Shown here: positions 53,767-63,152 of the stretch, piece by piece
Numbering within the stretch: position 1 is the stretch's first letter
Layout: every line of letters starts with the position of its first letter
Assembly: GCA_028717885.1 (NCBI GenBank)
Contig: JAQUMX010000002.1
Location: forward strand, 12,237 to 76,236
Source: Candidatus Omnitrophota bacterium
GTDB taxonomy: Bacteria; Omnitrophota; Gorgyraeia; Gygaellales; Profunditerraquicolaceae
Direction: 5' to 3'
Length of the DNA: 64,000 nucleotides
The notes under the pieces: generated by a model
Databases searched by the model: none
Told to the model about the DNA's origin: nothing
The model's input: the letters and a program-made list of their open reading frames with translations, nothing else
Position numbers and translations under genes: made by a program

Positions 53767-56029
53767 AAGAAAAAATCTTGCATATCGCTTTACCTTAAGT
53801 GCATTTTTTTGTATTTTTTTAATCTTTAGTTTTCTTTTTTTCTCCAAGGCGCTGAATCGAAACTGGATTTATGTGGGGGATAGCTTGAATTCCTTAATGG
53901 GCTATTCTTTTCATTATTCCGGAATTGCCAGAGGAGAATATGCAATCTGGAACCCTTTAGTCAGGGCAGGAGATAATGAGGTTGTCTTTCAGATGTTCGG
54001 TTTAGCAAATCCGCTTTCAAATTTTGTAATTCTCGGGTCTGTTTTATTAAAACTGAAAGACATTGTCTTTTCTTATTCATTTTACATTTATCTTATGGTT
54101 ATTATATACGTGAGCGGAATGTTTTTTCTGCTTAGGGTATTGACTAAAAACCGCTATGCCGCGGTTTTAGCTGCCGCTTTAGCATTAAGTTCTTCCAGCG
54201 TATGCTTTTACACTTACCATGTTTTCTTTATTACTATATTATACGCGGTCCCTTGGATGTTGTATTCCTTAGTATCATATTTTCAGGAATTACGTTTGCG
54301 TTACATCGTCATTTTTACGTTGTCGTTTTGCCTGTTTCTGTATTCTTATGAAGCAGTAATGGGGATAATTTATTTAGGGTCGCTTTTCTTTTCATATTGC
54401 CTGTTTTATTATAAAGGCGCGAAGGAAAAATTAAAGCAGCTAGGTAAAATTAATCCTGGGCATGTCTTTCTTTTTTTTCTTCTTATGGTAATTTTCTCCT
54501 TGCCGATGGTTATAATGTTTTTTGAGTATAGGTCCGGGCTATTGCCAATCTCGCGCGTGGCCAATATTGCTGTAACGGAAAAATTCGGGCTGGTATTTGA
54601 CAAATTATTCTCCAAAAGCCACTGGTTTGCTTTTTCTTCGCCTAAATTTTTTGTGAATTTTTTTACCGGGTTCATTTTTCAGGATTTTAACGAAATCAGG
54701 CATTATATCGGCCCGGTAGCAGCAATACTGTTTATTAGCGCCCTTTTTTCCTTTCGCAGGCGTATTTATTGTCTGGCTTTTGCAGGAGCCCTGGTTGGGT
54801 TTTTTTCCGGCGATATTTTTCCGGTGAATCTTCTTTTAAAACTGCCGCTTTTAGAATCGATCAGGAACTTACACTTTTTAATGCAATTTTTCGTAATGAA
54901 TTCGATTATTCTGGCGGTTTTTGGATTTGATCTTCTTTTAAGAAAGCGTACCTTATGGCTAAAAAAGGGGTTTAATTTTGCGGTCATTATAATTTTTTTG
55001 GCGTCTTTATCTTGTTTTGTATCCGTTCCTTTCGGCTATCGGCTTTACGATTCTTTAACATTAGCCTTGGTGTTAGCAGCCTGTGCTGCGCTTTTTTATT
55101 GCGTGAACTTTGTTACACTGGCAAAACAGCCTGTTTTTATCGTAATAATTGGCTTATTCAGTTGTATTAGCTCATTCGCTATGATTAGCAGTATTCCGGT
55201 TTTATCCGGCGGCATTACGGAAAACAGCGAATTGCTCACATTACGCAACCGCAGGGCGCACGGCCTTGTGTTTCTGCGGCAGAGGCCATCCGAGATTAAG
55301 ACTATTGACCTTGGCCAGGCCTGGGATAAATGGGAGACCGATTTCGGGAAAGATGAATATTATTCTTTATTGGCCCTTACTGATAATTCCTACAAGAGCG
55401 AGAAAAAAAGCTTTGGGCTTTCTTCTTTTCCGGTTTTAAACGAATACTATCTTTTTTTATCAATTCCGGGGCATGAAAAATTCCTTAATGAGAAGTTCTT
55501 TTTCTTCCGTAATTATTATACTTCGAATGACCCCGCTGACATGTATTCTTTTGTAAAAAATCCTGGTTTATTGGAAGAGATGCTTTCTATGAACCAAGCA
55601 GTTATATTTGGTTATAAAGGCGGCTCTTATGGAATGCCATTGGGAGAATTTAAGCAATTTGCCTTAACGCGCGGCAGTTCGCAGGTTAGTGCTGTGGATG
55701 ATTTTTCCGTGAAGGTCAGAGACTATAAAGCCAACCGAATTAAACTGGATTTATTCCTAAAACATCCAGGGTTGTTTACTTTTACGGATTTTTGGGCAAA
55801 GGGATGGGCGGTTAAGGTTGATGGAAAAAATGCCTGTTTGCAGCGGGTTTTTTACGCATTTAAAGGCGTTTTTTTACCGGCAGGTAACCACAAGGTGGAG
55901 TTTTTCTACAGGGACAGCGCCTATTATTACCTGGTTTTAATGCATCTTGTTTTTCTTTTGTGCCTTGTTATTTTAGCAATCAGTTTATTGAAACCGCTAA
56001 TCAGGAGGAGGCTATGGCAGAACGCATAA
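53756..56029 (+). CDS. Large polytopic membrane protein, YfhO/GT-C-like (putative periplasmic glycosyltransferase)
   Basis: About 757 aa. More than 12 hydrophobic helices, a soluble domain of about 200 aa, and a terminal TM helix. This architecture resembles YfhO-family proteins. Confidence 0.55.
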   Translation: MAIKRKNLAYRFTLSAFFCIFLIFSFLFFSKALNRNWIYVGDSLNSLMGYSFHYSGIARGEYAIWNPLVRAGDNEVVFQMFGLANPLSNFVILGSVLLKLKDIVFSYSFYIYLMVIIYVSGMFFLLRVLTKNRYAAVLAAALALSSSSVCFYTYHVFFITILYAVPWMLYSLVSYFQELRLRYIVIFTLSFCLFLYSYEAVMGIIYLGSLFFSYCLFYYKGAKEKLKQLGKINPGHVFLFFLLMVIFSLPMVIMFFEYRSGLLPISRVANIAVTEKFGLVFDKLFSKSHWFAFSSPKFFVNFFTGFIFQDFNEIRHYIGPVAAILFISALFSFRRRIYCLAFAGALVGFFSGDIFPVNLLLKLPLLESIRNLHFLMQFFVMNSIILAVFGFDLLLRKRTLWLKKGFNFAVIIIFLASLSCFVSVPFGYRLYDSLTLALVLAACAALFYCVNFVTLAKQPVFIVIIGLFSCISSFAMISSIPVLSGGITENSELLTLRNRRAHGLVFLRQRPSEIKTIDLGQAWDKWETDFGKDEYYSLLALTDNSYKSEKKSFGLSSFPVLNEYYLFLSIPGHEKFLNEKFFFFRNYYTSNDPADMYSFVKNPGLLEEMLSMNQAVIFGYKGGSYGMPLGEFKQFALTRGSSQVSAVDDFSVKVRDYKANRIKLDLFLKHPGLFTFTDFWAKGWAVKVDGKNACLQRVFYAFKGVFLPAGNHKVEFFYRDSAYYYLVLMHLVFLLCLVILAISLLKPLIRRRLWQNA

Positions 56030-56529
56030 ATTCGGATTATAGAATTATAGTCTATAAAAAGAAGGCGTCTTTTTATATGGTTATACCGGAATTAAATCTT
56101 ATTACCAGAGGGGATGATATACTTTGCGCTTACCAAAACCTGGAAAAGGCTAAAAAAGAATTATTTGACAAGTTTAACGAGTTAGGCCAGGAGGAATTGA
56201 TACCGCAGCCACTAAAAGAAAACCGGCTGGTTTTTTGGGGCAATCTGAAGGATTTCTTAGCTAAGGAGCTTATTGTCTGCTTGACTGTTATTTTAATTAT
56301 TTTTGCTACTGGAGCGGTCTTTGCCGTATCATTAAGGCAATATCTTGTACGGGCACAAGCAGCAGTTACCATTGAATCCGTAGAGCGCTTTGCACAACGA
56401 CTGAGAGCTATTTCACCGGAAAGGAAAAAGAGGCTAAAAGACAGCCTTCATTCAGCCGTTAAGGAGCTGGAGCCCTATAGCGAAGAATTAAGCCCGCTTT
56501 TTAAACAGAAAAGTGATTTAAATAGATGA
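56014..56529 (+). CDS. Hypothetical single-pass membrane protein
   Basis: 171 aa from the ATG at 56014 (AGGAGGAGG ribosome-binding site). One TM helix (LIVCLTVILIIFATGAVFAV) sits between two charged, probably helical domains. Confidence 0.55.
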   Translation: MAERINSDYRIIVYKKKASFYMVIPELNLITRGDDILCAYQNLEKAKKELFDKFNELGQEELIPQPLKENRLVFWGNLKDFLAKELIVCLTVILIIFATGAVFAVSLRQYLVRAQAAVTIESVERFAQRLRAISPERKKRLKDSLHSAVKELEPYSEELSPLFKQKSDLNR

Positions 56530-57635
56530 AGTCGAAAAAACGCAGGAAATTTATTAGTATAGTTGGGGCTCGCCCAAATTTCATCAAAATAGCCCCCGTT
56601 CTAAAAAACCTTAAGGCGTATAAAGGGATAGATTCACTTTTGCTGCATACCGGCCAGCACTACGATAAAGAAATGTCAAAGATTTTTTTTGATGACCTAA
56701 AACTACCGAAACCTGATATTTACCTGGATGCTGGCGGGCGAGGCGGCAAAAACAAAGAAATAACAAAAATGATGAGTAGCCTGGAATGTGTACTGTCTCA
56801 GGAAAAACCTGACTTAGTAATTGTGGTTGGCGATGTGAATTCTACCGTTGCCGGGGCTATCGTTGCCAGTAGGCTTTCAATCCCTATCGCGCATATTGAG
56901 TCGGGATTAAGGAGCTTCGATCTTTCTATGCCGGAAGAGATTAACCGCATCGTTACGGATTCTCTTTCGAACCTGCTTTTTACGCCTTCAAGAGAAGCAA
57001 ACGAAAATTTATACCGCGAAGGTATCCGGCGCAACAAAGTTCATTATGTGGGCAACGTTATGATCGACACACTAACCAGCTTCAGGCGGCAGATTAATTC
57101 AAATACGCGCGCCCTTAGAGTGCTGGGTATTAACGAACGGCAATATGCAATGTTGACGTTACACCGGCCTTCAAACGTAGACAAACCCGAAGACTTAAGA
57201 AAGATCATAGAGGCGATTTCATTTATCCAAGATAAGGTAAAAATTATTTTTCCTGTCCATCCCAGGACTATGTCTTCTCTGGAAAAATTTAATTTTTCAA
57301 AGAGCCTTGCCAGGAAAAAAAATATCCGTTTGGTTCCTCCTATGGGATACCTTGATTTTTTAACGTTAATAAATAAGTCTTTATTCGTAATCACCGATTC
57401 CGGGGGAATCCAGGAAGAAACTACGATTTTAGGGGTTCCTTGCCTTACCGTGAGGAAAAATACAGAGCGCCCGGTTACGGTGGCTGAGGGGACAAATACT
57501 ATTGTGGGTACGGATCCCAAGGAAATTATTAAGGAGAGCCAGAAAATTCTCGAAGGTAAAGGAAAAGCCGGGCGGATCCCGGAATTATGGGATGGCAATG
57601 CGGCAAAGCGCATTGTTGAAATTTTAGTAAATTAA
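56526..57635 (+). CDS. wecB: UDP-N-acetylglucosamine 2-epimerase (non-hydrolysing type)
   Basis: 369 aa. VGARPNFIKIAPV, HTGQHYD and TDSGGIQEE. Confidence 0.85.
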   Translation: MKSKKRRKFISIVGARPNFIKIAPVLKNLKAYKGIDSLLLHTGQHYDKEMSKIFFDDLKLPKPDIYLDAGGRGGKNKEITKMMSSLECVLSQEKPDLVIVVGDVNSTVAGAIVASRLSIPIAHIESGLRSFDLSMPEEINRIVTDSLSNLLFTPSREANENLYREGIRRNKVHYVGNVMIDTLTSFRRQINSNTRALRVLGINERQYAMLTLHRPSNVDKPEDLRKIIEAISFIQDKVKIIFPVHPRTMSSLEKFNFSKSLARKKNIRLVPPMGYLDFLTLINKSLFVITDSGGIQEETTILGVPCLTVRKNTERPVTVAEGTNTIVGTDPKEIIKESQKILEGKGKAGRIPELWDGNAAKRIVEILVN

Positions 57636-57651
57636 TTAAAGGACACGGACG

Positions 57652-58608
57652 ATGAAAAATAAAAATATTTTAGTTACAGGCGGAGCTGGGGCTATCGGCG
57701 CCAACCTGGTGAATATTCTTTCTGCATCAAATAAAAATATTATCGTTATTGACGACCTCTCATCGGGGACGCCGGAGAATATTTTAAAAAACAAAAATGT
57801 CGTTTTGTATAAAGATTCAATACTAAATGACTTGCTGCTTAAGAGAATTTTTTTAAAAAGCAGGAATAAGATCGATATTGTTTTTCATCTTGCGGCGCTT
57901 TTTGCGAATCAAAATTCAGTAGAGCATCCCGAAAAAGACCTTTTAACCAACGCGCTAGGCACTTTAAAACTTTTGGACTTATCCACAAAATCGCGAGTTG
58001 AAAGGTTCGTTTATATTTCTTCTTCTTGTGTTTACGGCAGTGCCGGCGTGGATTTAAAGGAAGACCTTTCTTTCAGTCTCGAGACTCCTTATGCGATCTC
58101 TAAATTTTGCGGCGAGCAATATGCGCATTTTTATCACCATCTTTACGGCCTGAGAGCCGTGATTTTACGTTATTTTAATGCCTTCGGCCCAGGGGATCCT
58201 CCTGGCCGGTACAGGAATGTTATTCCAAACTTTATGCTTACCGCTTTGCAAGGCAAGCCGCTTAAGATTACCGGGACCGGAGACGAAACGCGTGATTTTA
58301 CATATATTGACGATATAATCAGGGGGACGATCCTGGCGGCAGAGGTAAAAAATGCTACAGGCCACATCTTTAATATCGGTTCCGGAAGAGAAATAAAAAT
58401 CAGGCACGTTGCGGAACTAATAAATTGCTTAAGCGGCAATAAAGCCGGAATTAAGTTTATTCCAAGGAGAAAATGGGACAAAATTACCAGGCGGGTGGCT
58501 AATATAGAAAAGTCCAGAAAAATCTTGGGCTATCGCCCTCAAATTAGCTTTGATGACGGGCTTAAGAAAACATACCGTTGGTTTAAAGAGAGGTATTGTA
58601 AAAAATGA
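57652..58608 (+). CDS. NAD-dependent NDP-sugar epimerase/dehydratase (extended SDR)
   Basis: 318 aa. ILVTGGAGAIGANL, SSSCVYG and YAISKFCGE. Confidence 0.8.
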   Translation: MKNKNILVTGGAGAIGANLVNILSASNKNIIVIDDLSSGTPENILKNKNVVLYKDSILNDLLLKRIFLKSRNKIDIVFHLAALFANQNSVEHPEKDLLTNALGTLKLLDLSTKSRVERFVYISSSCVYGSAGVDLKEDLSFSLETPYAISKFCGEQYAHFYHHLYGLRAVILRYFNAFGPGDPPGRYRNVIPNFMLTALQGKPLKITGTGDETRDFTYIDDIIRGTILAAEVKNATGHIFNIGSGREIKIRHVAELINCLSGNKAGIKFIPRRKWDKITRRVANIEKSRKILGYRPQISFDDGLKKTYRWFKERYCKK

Positions 58609-59399
58609 AGCATAATACCGAACTTAAACAGGACTGGGATGATGTCTGGAGCGATAAAACAGTGCCTTCCTGGGATTATTTATCACAGGTAATCCTAGGG
58701 CTTTTAAAAACCGAAATTGACGGCTTTGCGGCTAAAAGCTTTATCGAAGTAGGCAGCGGTTCAGGCAGGATTTCATTTAGGCTTGAGCGCTCCGGAGCCA
58801 CGGCGTATCTTTTGGACAAATCACGGCAAGCCTTAAGTTTCAGCAAGGAACATTTTTCCAGGACAAAAACACCCCATAAAGCAGTCTGTGCTTCGATATT
58901 CAACATGCCCTATCCCGATAATGCTTTCGATGTGGTTTGGAACGCCGGAGTCATCGAGCATTTTATCGGAAGAGAACAGGAAGATGCTTTAAAAGAAATG
59001 GTAAGAATTTGTAAGCGCGGGGGAATTATAATTACCTTAAATCCTTACGCAGGTTCCTTCTTGCATACTTTCGGAAAATGCATCATTGAAAAACTGACTC
59101 AATACCCTTTTGGCAGGGAGATCCCTATCGTTAGCCTAAAAGACTGCTGCCATGTTTTGAATTGCAAGCTAAAAAAAGATGAATACTCGGCCGGTTTTTT
59201 CGTTCTTGGTGTTGGTATGTTCAAAAGGTTGTCGTTGCTACCAATGGGGGGTGTTTTTAAACCACTGCTTTCAGTTTTAAACCGGGCATCTTGTAACCTG
59301 GATAATTCTTTTCTGGGAAACAAGATCAAGAAAACTGATTTGATGTTTTCCAAAGTTTTTGGCGGATATTTGCTGGTTTCGATACTTCAAAAGAATTAA
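58605..59399 (+). CDS. Class I SAM-dependent methyltransferase
   Basis: 264 aa. Motif I FIEVGSGSGRIS, and FDVVWNAGVIEHF. Confidence 0.75.
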   Translation: MKHNTELKQDWDDVWSDKTVPSWDYLSQVILGLLKTEIDGFAAKSFIEVGSGSGRISFRLERSGATAYLLDKSRQALSFSKEHFSRTKTPHKAVCASIFNMPYPDNAFDVVWNAGVIEHFIGREQEDALKEMVRICKRGGIIITLNPYAGSFLHTFGKCIIEKLTQYPFGREIPIVSLKDCCHVLNCKLKKDEYSAGFFVLGVGMFKRLSLLPMGGVFKPLLSVLNRASCNLDNSFLGNKIKKTDLMFSKVFGGYLLVSILQKN

Positions 59400-59419
59400 T
59401 TCATAAGAAGGGGAGGCAT

Positions 59420-60157
59420 ATGTTATTTATCTTATTGCCCGCTTTTAACGAAGAGGAAGGATTGGAAAAACTGCTTGATCGGATCGACAGGATAATCAAA
59501 GGGTTTTCGATACAATGTAAAATTATCATTGTAAACGACGGGAGCATGGACCGTACTCTTTATGTAATTGATTCTTATGCTAAGACATTGCCGATAGAGA
59601 TTATTAATTTTAAGAATAATCACGGGATTACCGAAGTTTTTCGTGTCGGCTTTAAAAGAGTCTGCGAAATAGGAAAAGATAATGATATCTGTATAACGAT
59701 GGATTCCGATAATACGCAGAACCCCTATGTCATCCTTGATATCATCGATAAAATCAATAATTCATCCGACGTAGTAATCGCCTCCCGTTTTCAAAAAGGT
59801 GGGAAGATGGTAGGTGCGCCTCTTTTACGAAAACTAATGAGCGTAGGAGTGGCAAAAATCCTGAAGCAGGTGGTTCCGATAAAAGGAGTCAGTGATTATT
59901 CCACTTTCTACCGGGGATACCGGGTGAAGGTTCTAAAACAGGCATTTAGTCATTACGGGGACAACTTAATAGAGGGCCAGGGTTTCTCCAGTATGGCGAA
60001 CTTATTGATCAAATTACGTAAAATTACGCAAAGGTTTGCTGAAGTACCGTTTATCTTGCGTTATGACCTCAAAGAAGGCGGTTCCGGCATAAGGGTTATT
60101 AAAACTATAAAAGGATACCTTAAGATAATCTCGGAAGTGCAAAAGGGTAAGCTATGA
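59420..60157 (+). CDS. GT2 polyprenol-phosphate glycosyltransferase (Dpm1/Ppm1/ArnC/GtrB-like)
   Basis: 245 aa. ILLPAFNEEEGL ... IIIVNDGSMDRT ... MDSDNTQNP. Confidence 0.7.
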   Translation: MLFILLPAFNEEEGLEKLLDRIDRIIKGFSIQCKIIIVNDGSMDRTLYVIDSYAKTLPIEIINFKNNHGITEVFRVGFKRVCEIGKDNDICITMDSDNTQNPYVILDIIDKINNSSDVVIASRFQKGGKMVGAPLLRKLMSVGVAKILKQVVPIKGVSDYSTFYRGYRVKVLKQAFSHYGDNLIEGQGFSSMANLLIKLRKITQRFAEVPFILRYDLKEGGSGIRVIKTIKGYLKIISEVQKGKL

Positions 60158-61713
60158 ACAGGAATTTTTTAAAAAAACAAGGCATTTTTCTGCTTTTTTT
60201 GTTTGCTTTGATTTGCCGTTTACCCGGTATAACCCGGCCGCTGATCATGGATGAAACCACGGCAGTAGCGGTTATCAAGCTGCCACTAGAGGGAATTATC
60301 AATGCCATGATTTACAATTCTCAGCCTCCGCTGTACTTCTATTTACTGAAACTATGGTCTCAAATCAGCAGCAGTGCCTGGTTTTTAAGGTTATTCGGCG
60401 TGTTGCTGGGAGCGGGAACTTGTATGCTAGTTTTACGTACGGCAAAAATAGCCTTTAATGAAAGGATTTCCCGAATAACGTTTCTGTTGGCAGCTTTATC
60501 TCCACAGCTTGTTTTTAATTCACAATACCTTCGGCCTTATTGCTTGGCTACATTTTTTACTGCCTGTTTAGTATTAATATTGCTGAAATTTATTAAAGAA
60601 GAAAAGGGGCAGGCGGCGTATTTTCTTTTGCTTACTTTAACTACTGCCGCTTGCTTTTATTCGTTTTACTTTTCTTTCCTGATTTTTGCGGCCCTCAACG
60701 CCTTTTGTGTAGTTTTTCTTGCCAGAAAAACAAGAAAATTACTTATCTGGCTGTTTTCACAGGCTACCGCGCTAACTTTATTTTCTTTCTGGTTCCCGGT
60801 TTTTTTGACACAGAAATACCTCATTGAAAATAATGTTACTTGTTATATTAAAAGCCTGAGCGATGCAAAGATGGGTTTTTACATGGGGAATTTCCATGTA
60901 GGCAATATCTTCAGGATTGTTTTGGCATATTTTAGCTTAGATGATATCCTTGGCAGCGCTTTAAGGTTTTCAAGCCATATACAGTATAAAGCGCTTTTTG
61001 TAACTTTGTCCTGCATTGCCCTTTTATTGCTTGCTGTGTACGTTTACAGGGCGATAAAGGCGATGTTTAAAGAGGAAAAAATCAAAAACATCTCATTTCT
61101 GCCGCTCTGCCTGATATTTTTTCCGGCAGGGCTCATGCTTATCTTTTCCATAGGTGCTGATTTGAAGCTCTGGCCGCAGAATGTGGTGAATATGCGTTAT
61201 TTTGGCCAAAGTTCCCTCTATTTCCTCATTATCGCGGCATTTTTCGTAACCGGATTTAAAAGAAAAACATTCAGAATTACGACCCTGGCAATGATAATAT
61301 TCTTGTTCTTTTTGGCTGACTTGCATATTTACCAGCATCCTTTTTATATCAATAATTCCGTAGTAAGCTATTTCCTGAAACACCAGAATAATGGCTGCAA
61401 GGTTATCATTGCTAGCCCAAGCACGGCGATGGGGTTTCTTCATCCGTTATCGGATAAACGGTTAGCGGACTATGAAATCCGTATTTATAGTGAAGACGAT
61501 AAACAGAACACTGCGGTCAAGGAAAGAATGAAGCACTTAGACAGGTTCTATTATTATTTCTTTAATTCTGCTGAAAATATCGTGCTTTATCCTGATTTAC
61601 AGGATAAATTCAATATTTTTGCCGGAAAACTTGGTTTTCAGCGGCAAGAGAATAGGCTTTTTTGCGATATTATTTCGGTTTCATATTACATAAAAAAACG
61701 GGGCATTGATTAA
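60154..61713 (+). CDS. GT-C membrane glycosyltransferase, GT39/GT83 (PMT/ArnT)-like
   Basis: 519 aa and polytopic. The first loop carries the D-E motif (PLIMDETTAV) typical of ArnT/PMT-type enzymes. ATGA coupling to the Dpm1-like gene. Confidence 0.6.
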   Translation: MNRNFLKKQGIFLLFLFALICRLPGITRPLIMDETTAVAVIKLPLEGIINAMIYNSQPPLYFYLLKLWSQISSSAWFLRLFGVLLGAGTCMLVLRTAKIAFNERISRITFLLAALSPQLVFNSQYLRPYCLATFFTACLVLILLKFIKEEKGQAAYFLLLTLTTAACFYSFYFSFLIFAALNAFCVVFLARKTRKLLIWLFSQATALTLFSFWFPVFLTQKYLIENNVTCYIKSLSDAKMGFYMGNFHVGNIFRIVLAYFSLDDILGSALRFSSHIQYKALFVTLSCIALLLLAVYVYRAIKAMFKEEKIKNISFLPLCLIFFPAGLMLIFSIGADLKLWPQNVVNMRYFGQSSLYFLIIAAFFVTGFKRKTFRITTLAMIIFLFFLADLHIYQHPFYINNSVVSYFLKHQNNGCKVIIASPSTAMGFLHPLSDKRLADYEIRIYSEDDKQNTAVKERMKHLDRFYYYFFNSAENIVLYPDLQDKFNIFAGKLGFQRQENRLFCDIISVSYYIKKRGID

Positions 61714-63152
61714 TGAAGGTATTTTTATTTTTATTAGCCGGGGCGCTTGCTGGTTTCTCGATAGCTATTTTACCGGCGGTTTCTTTAGTTCTCGGAGGTT
61801 GTATTGTCATTCTTCTCCTGATCCGTAATTATTTTCCTGCCGGTGGGAGAAAATTTATTCTTATTTTATTTTTATTCGGTTTCTCTTTGAGGGCATTATT
61901 TGCTACTTTTTATTATTTTGCCGCTCTGCATACAGCAAAAACCCAGACAACCTACGGCGTGGATTTTCAGCCTGATGCCGGTATTTATAATAATCACGCT
62001 TTATATCTAGCACATATTATCAACGGTATAGAGGTAAAGGATGAGATTCTGCGGGATAAACGGCTGGATCAGGATATGGAAGTAAGCTTTGCAGAATTTA
62101 AAGGGACTAACCCTCCTATGAGATGGTATCAATACGATGATTTCGTAAGGCTTATGGCAGCGTTTTATTCGTGGATAGGGTACTCGCCCATATCGGTCAA
62201 GTTACTAAATTGCCTTTTTGGTTGCTTAGCTGCGGTAGCGATTTATTTCTTTGCACTAAAGATCACTGAATCGGAATTCGTAGCCAAGGCGTCGGCTTTC
62301 TTAGTGATGTTTTTTCCAACTATGTTTCTTTGGTCGATTACGGGTTTAAAAGATGCCCCAACAACTTTATTATTCATTATTTTAATGTATGTGATTGTTT
62401 GGCTCGTCAGCTCAGAAGGCTCCCTAAAGAAACTTTGGCTGCTCCTGCTGGCCATGGCCCTTGCATATTTAATAGATATGATCCGCGAGAAATTTGCACC
62501 GGCTTTATTTTTTGGCATAGCCATAGCATTCATTTTCGGCATAATTAAATTCTGCAAAGAGCATAAGTTTTTTACCCGGCCAGTATTCGCCCTCACTTCT
62601 ATCTTATTGGCAACGGTTATAATATTATTCCTCTTAAGTAATCAGCATTTCCGCCACTTGATTAATTACAGTTTTTATAAGTTTTCTTCCAGGCAGATAG
62701 CTTCGGTAACAGATCTCTGCTCTGCTTCCGTTTATAAGATTTTTGACAATTGGGTTTATACAAAAGCATTCTTAAGGCCAAATGAATTAAGCGCACTATC
62801 TCTTCTGATAGCTTCGATTAAGGGATGGGTATATTTATTTTTAGTGCCTCTCCCTTGGCAGATAGACAGGGCCAGTTTTTTTGTTTTGCTCCCTCAACAG
62901 CTATTTTTTTATTTAAGCATCCCGTTTATCATCAGTGGAATTTGGCAGGCGTTAGTTAAGAATTTCTTTCCGGTTTTGACTATACTGGCAGTATTAGTGG
63001 TAATTATTACCCCTATAACCCTAACTGAAGGCGTAATCGGAATAGCGGTACGCCACAGGGATATGTTTACGCCTTTTTGGCTGGTCTTTGCCGCCTACGG
63101 ATTTTATTTTCATGCGATAAAGAATAGGATTAACGATAATGCAAAGCCTTAA
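61713..63152 (+). CDS. Polytopic membrane protein (GT-C-like or polymerase-like; family not recognised)
   Basis: 479 aa with 10 or more hydrophobic helices. TAATG coupling. Confidence 0.5.
   Translation: MKVFLFLLAGALAGFSIAILPAVSLVLGGCIVILLLIRNYFPAGGRKFILILFLFGFSLRALFATFYYFAALHTAKTQTTYGVDFQPDAGIYNNHALYLAHIINGIEVKDEILRDKRLDQDMEVSFAEFKGTNPPMRWYQYDDFVRLMAAFYSWIGYSPISVKLLNCLFGCLAAVAIYFFALKITESEFVAKASAFLVMFFPTMFLWSITGLKDAPTTLLFIILMYVIVWLVSSEGSLKKLWLLLLAMALAYLIDMIREKFAPALFFGIAIAFIFGIIKFCKEHKFFTRPVFALTSILLATVIILFLLSNQHFRHLINYSFYKFSSRQIASVTDLCSASVYKIFDNWVYTKAFLRPNELSALSLLIASIKGWVYLFLVPLPWQIDRASFFVLLPQQLFFYLSIPFIISGIWQALVKNFFPVLTILAVLVVIITPITLTEGVIGIAVRHRDMFTPFWLVFAAYGFYFHAIKNRINDNAKP

Noticed and set aside
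56014-56529. The N-terminal domain of the small membrane protein (YRIIVYKKKASFYMVIPELNL...) looked faintly like a HicB-type antitoxin fold.
   Set aside because: There is no adjacent HicA-like toxin and the protein has a TM helix. The resemblance rests on a few residues only, so it is left as hypothetical.
57044-57613. A 189-aa minus-strand ORF antisense to wecB. Similar long antisense ORFs lie at 1349-1873, 22498-22932, 24561-24983, 45861-46247, 61093-61443 and 62243-62596.
   Set aside because: Each lies wholly inside a + strand gene with strong family motifs. Their translations are low-complexity or Ser/Pro/Arg/Leu-rich with no recognisable motif, and no ribosome-binding sites were noted. 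They are typical shadow ORFs.
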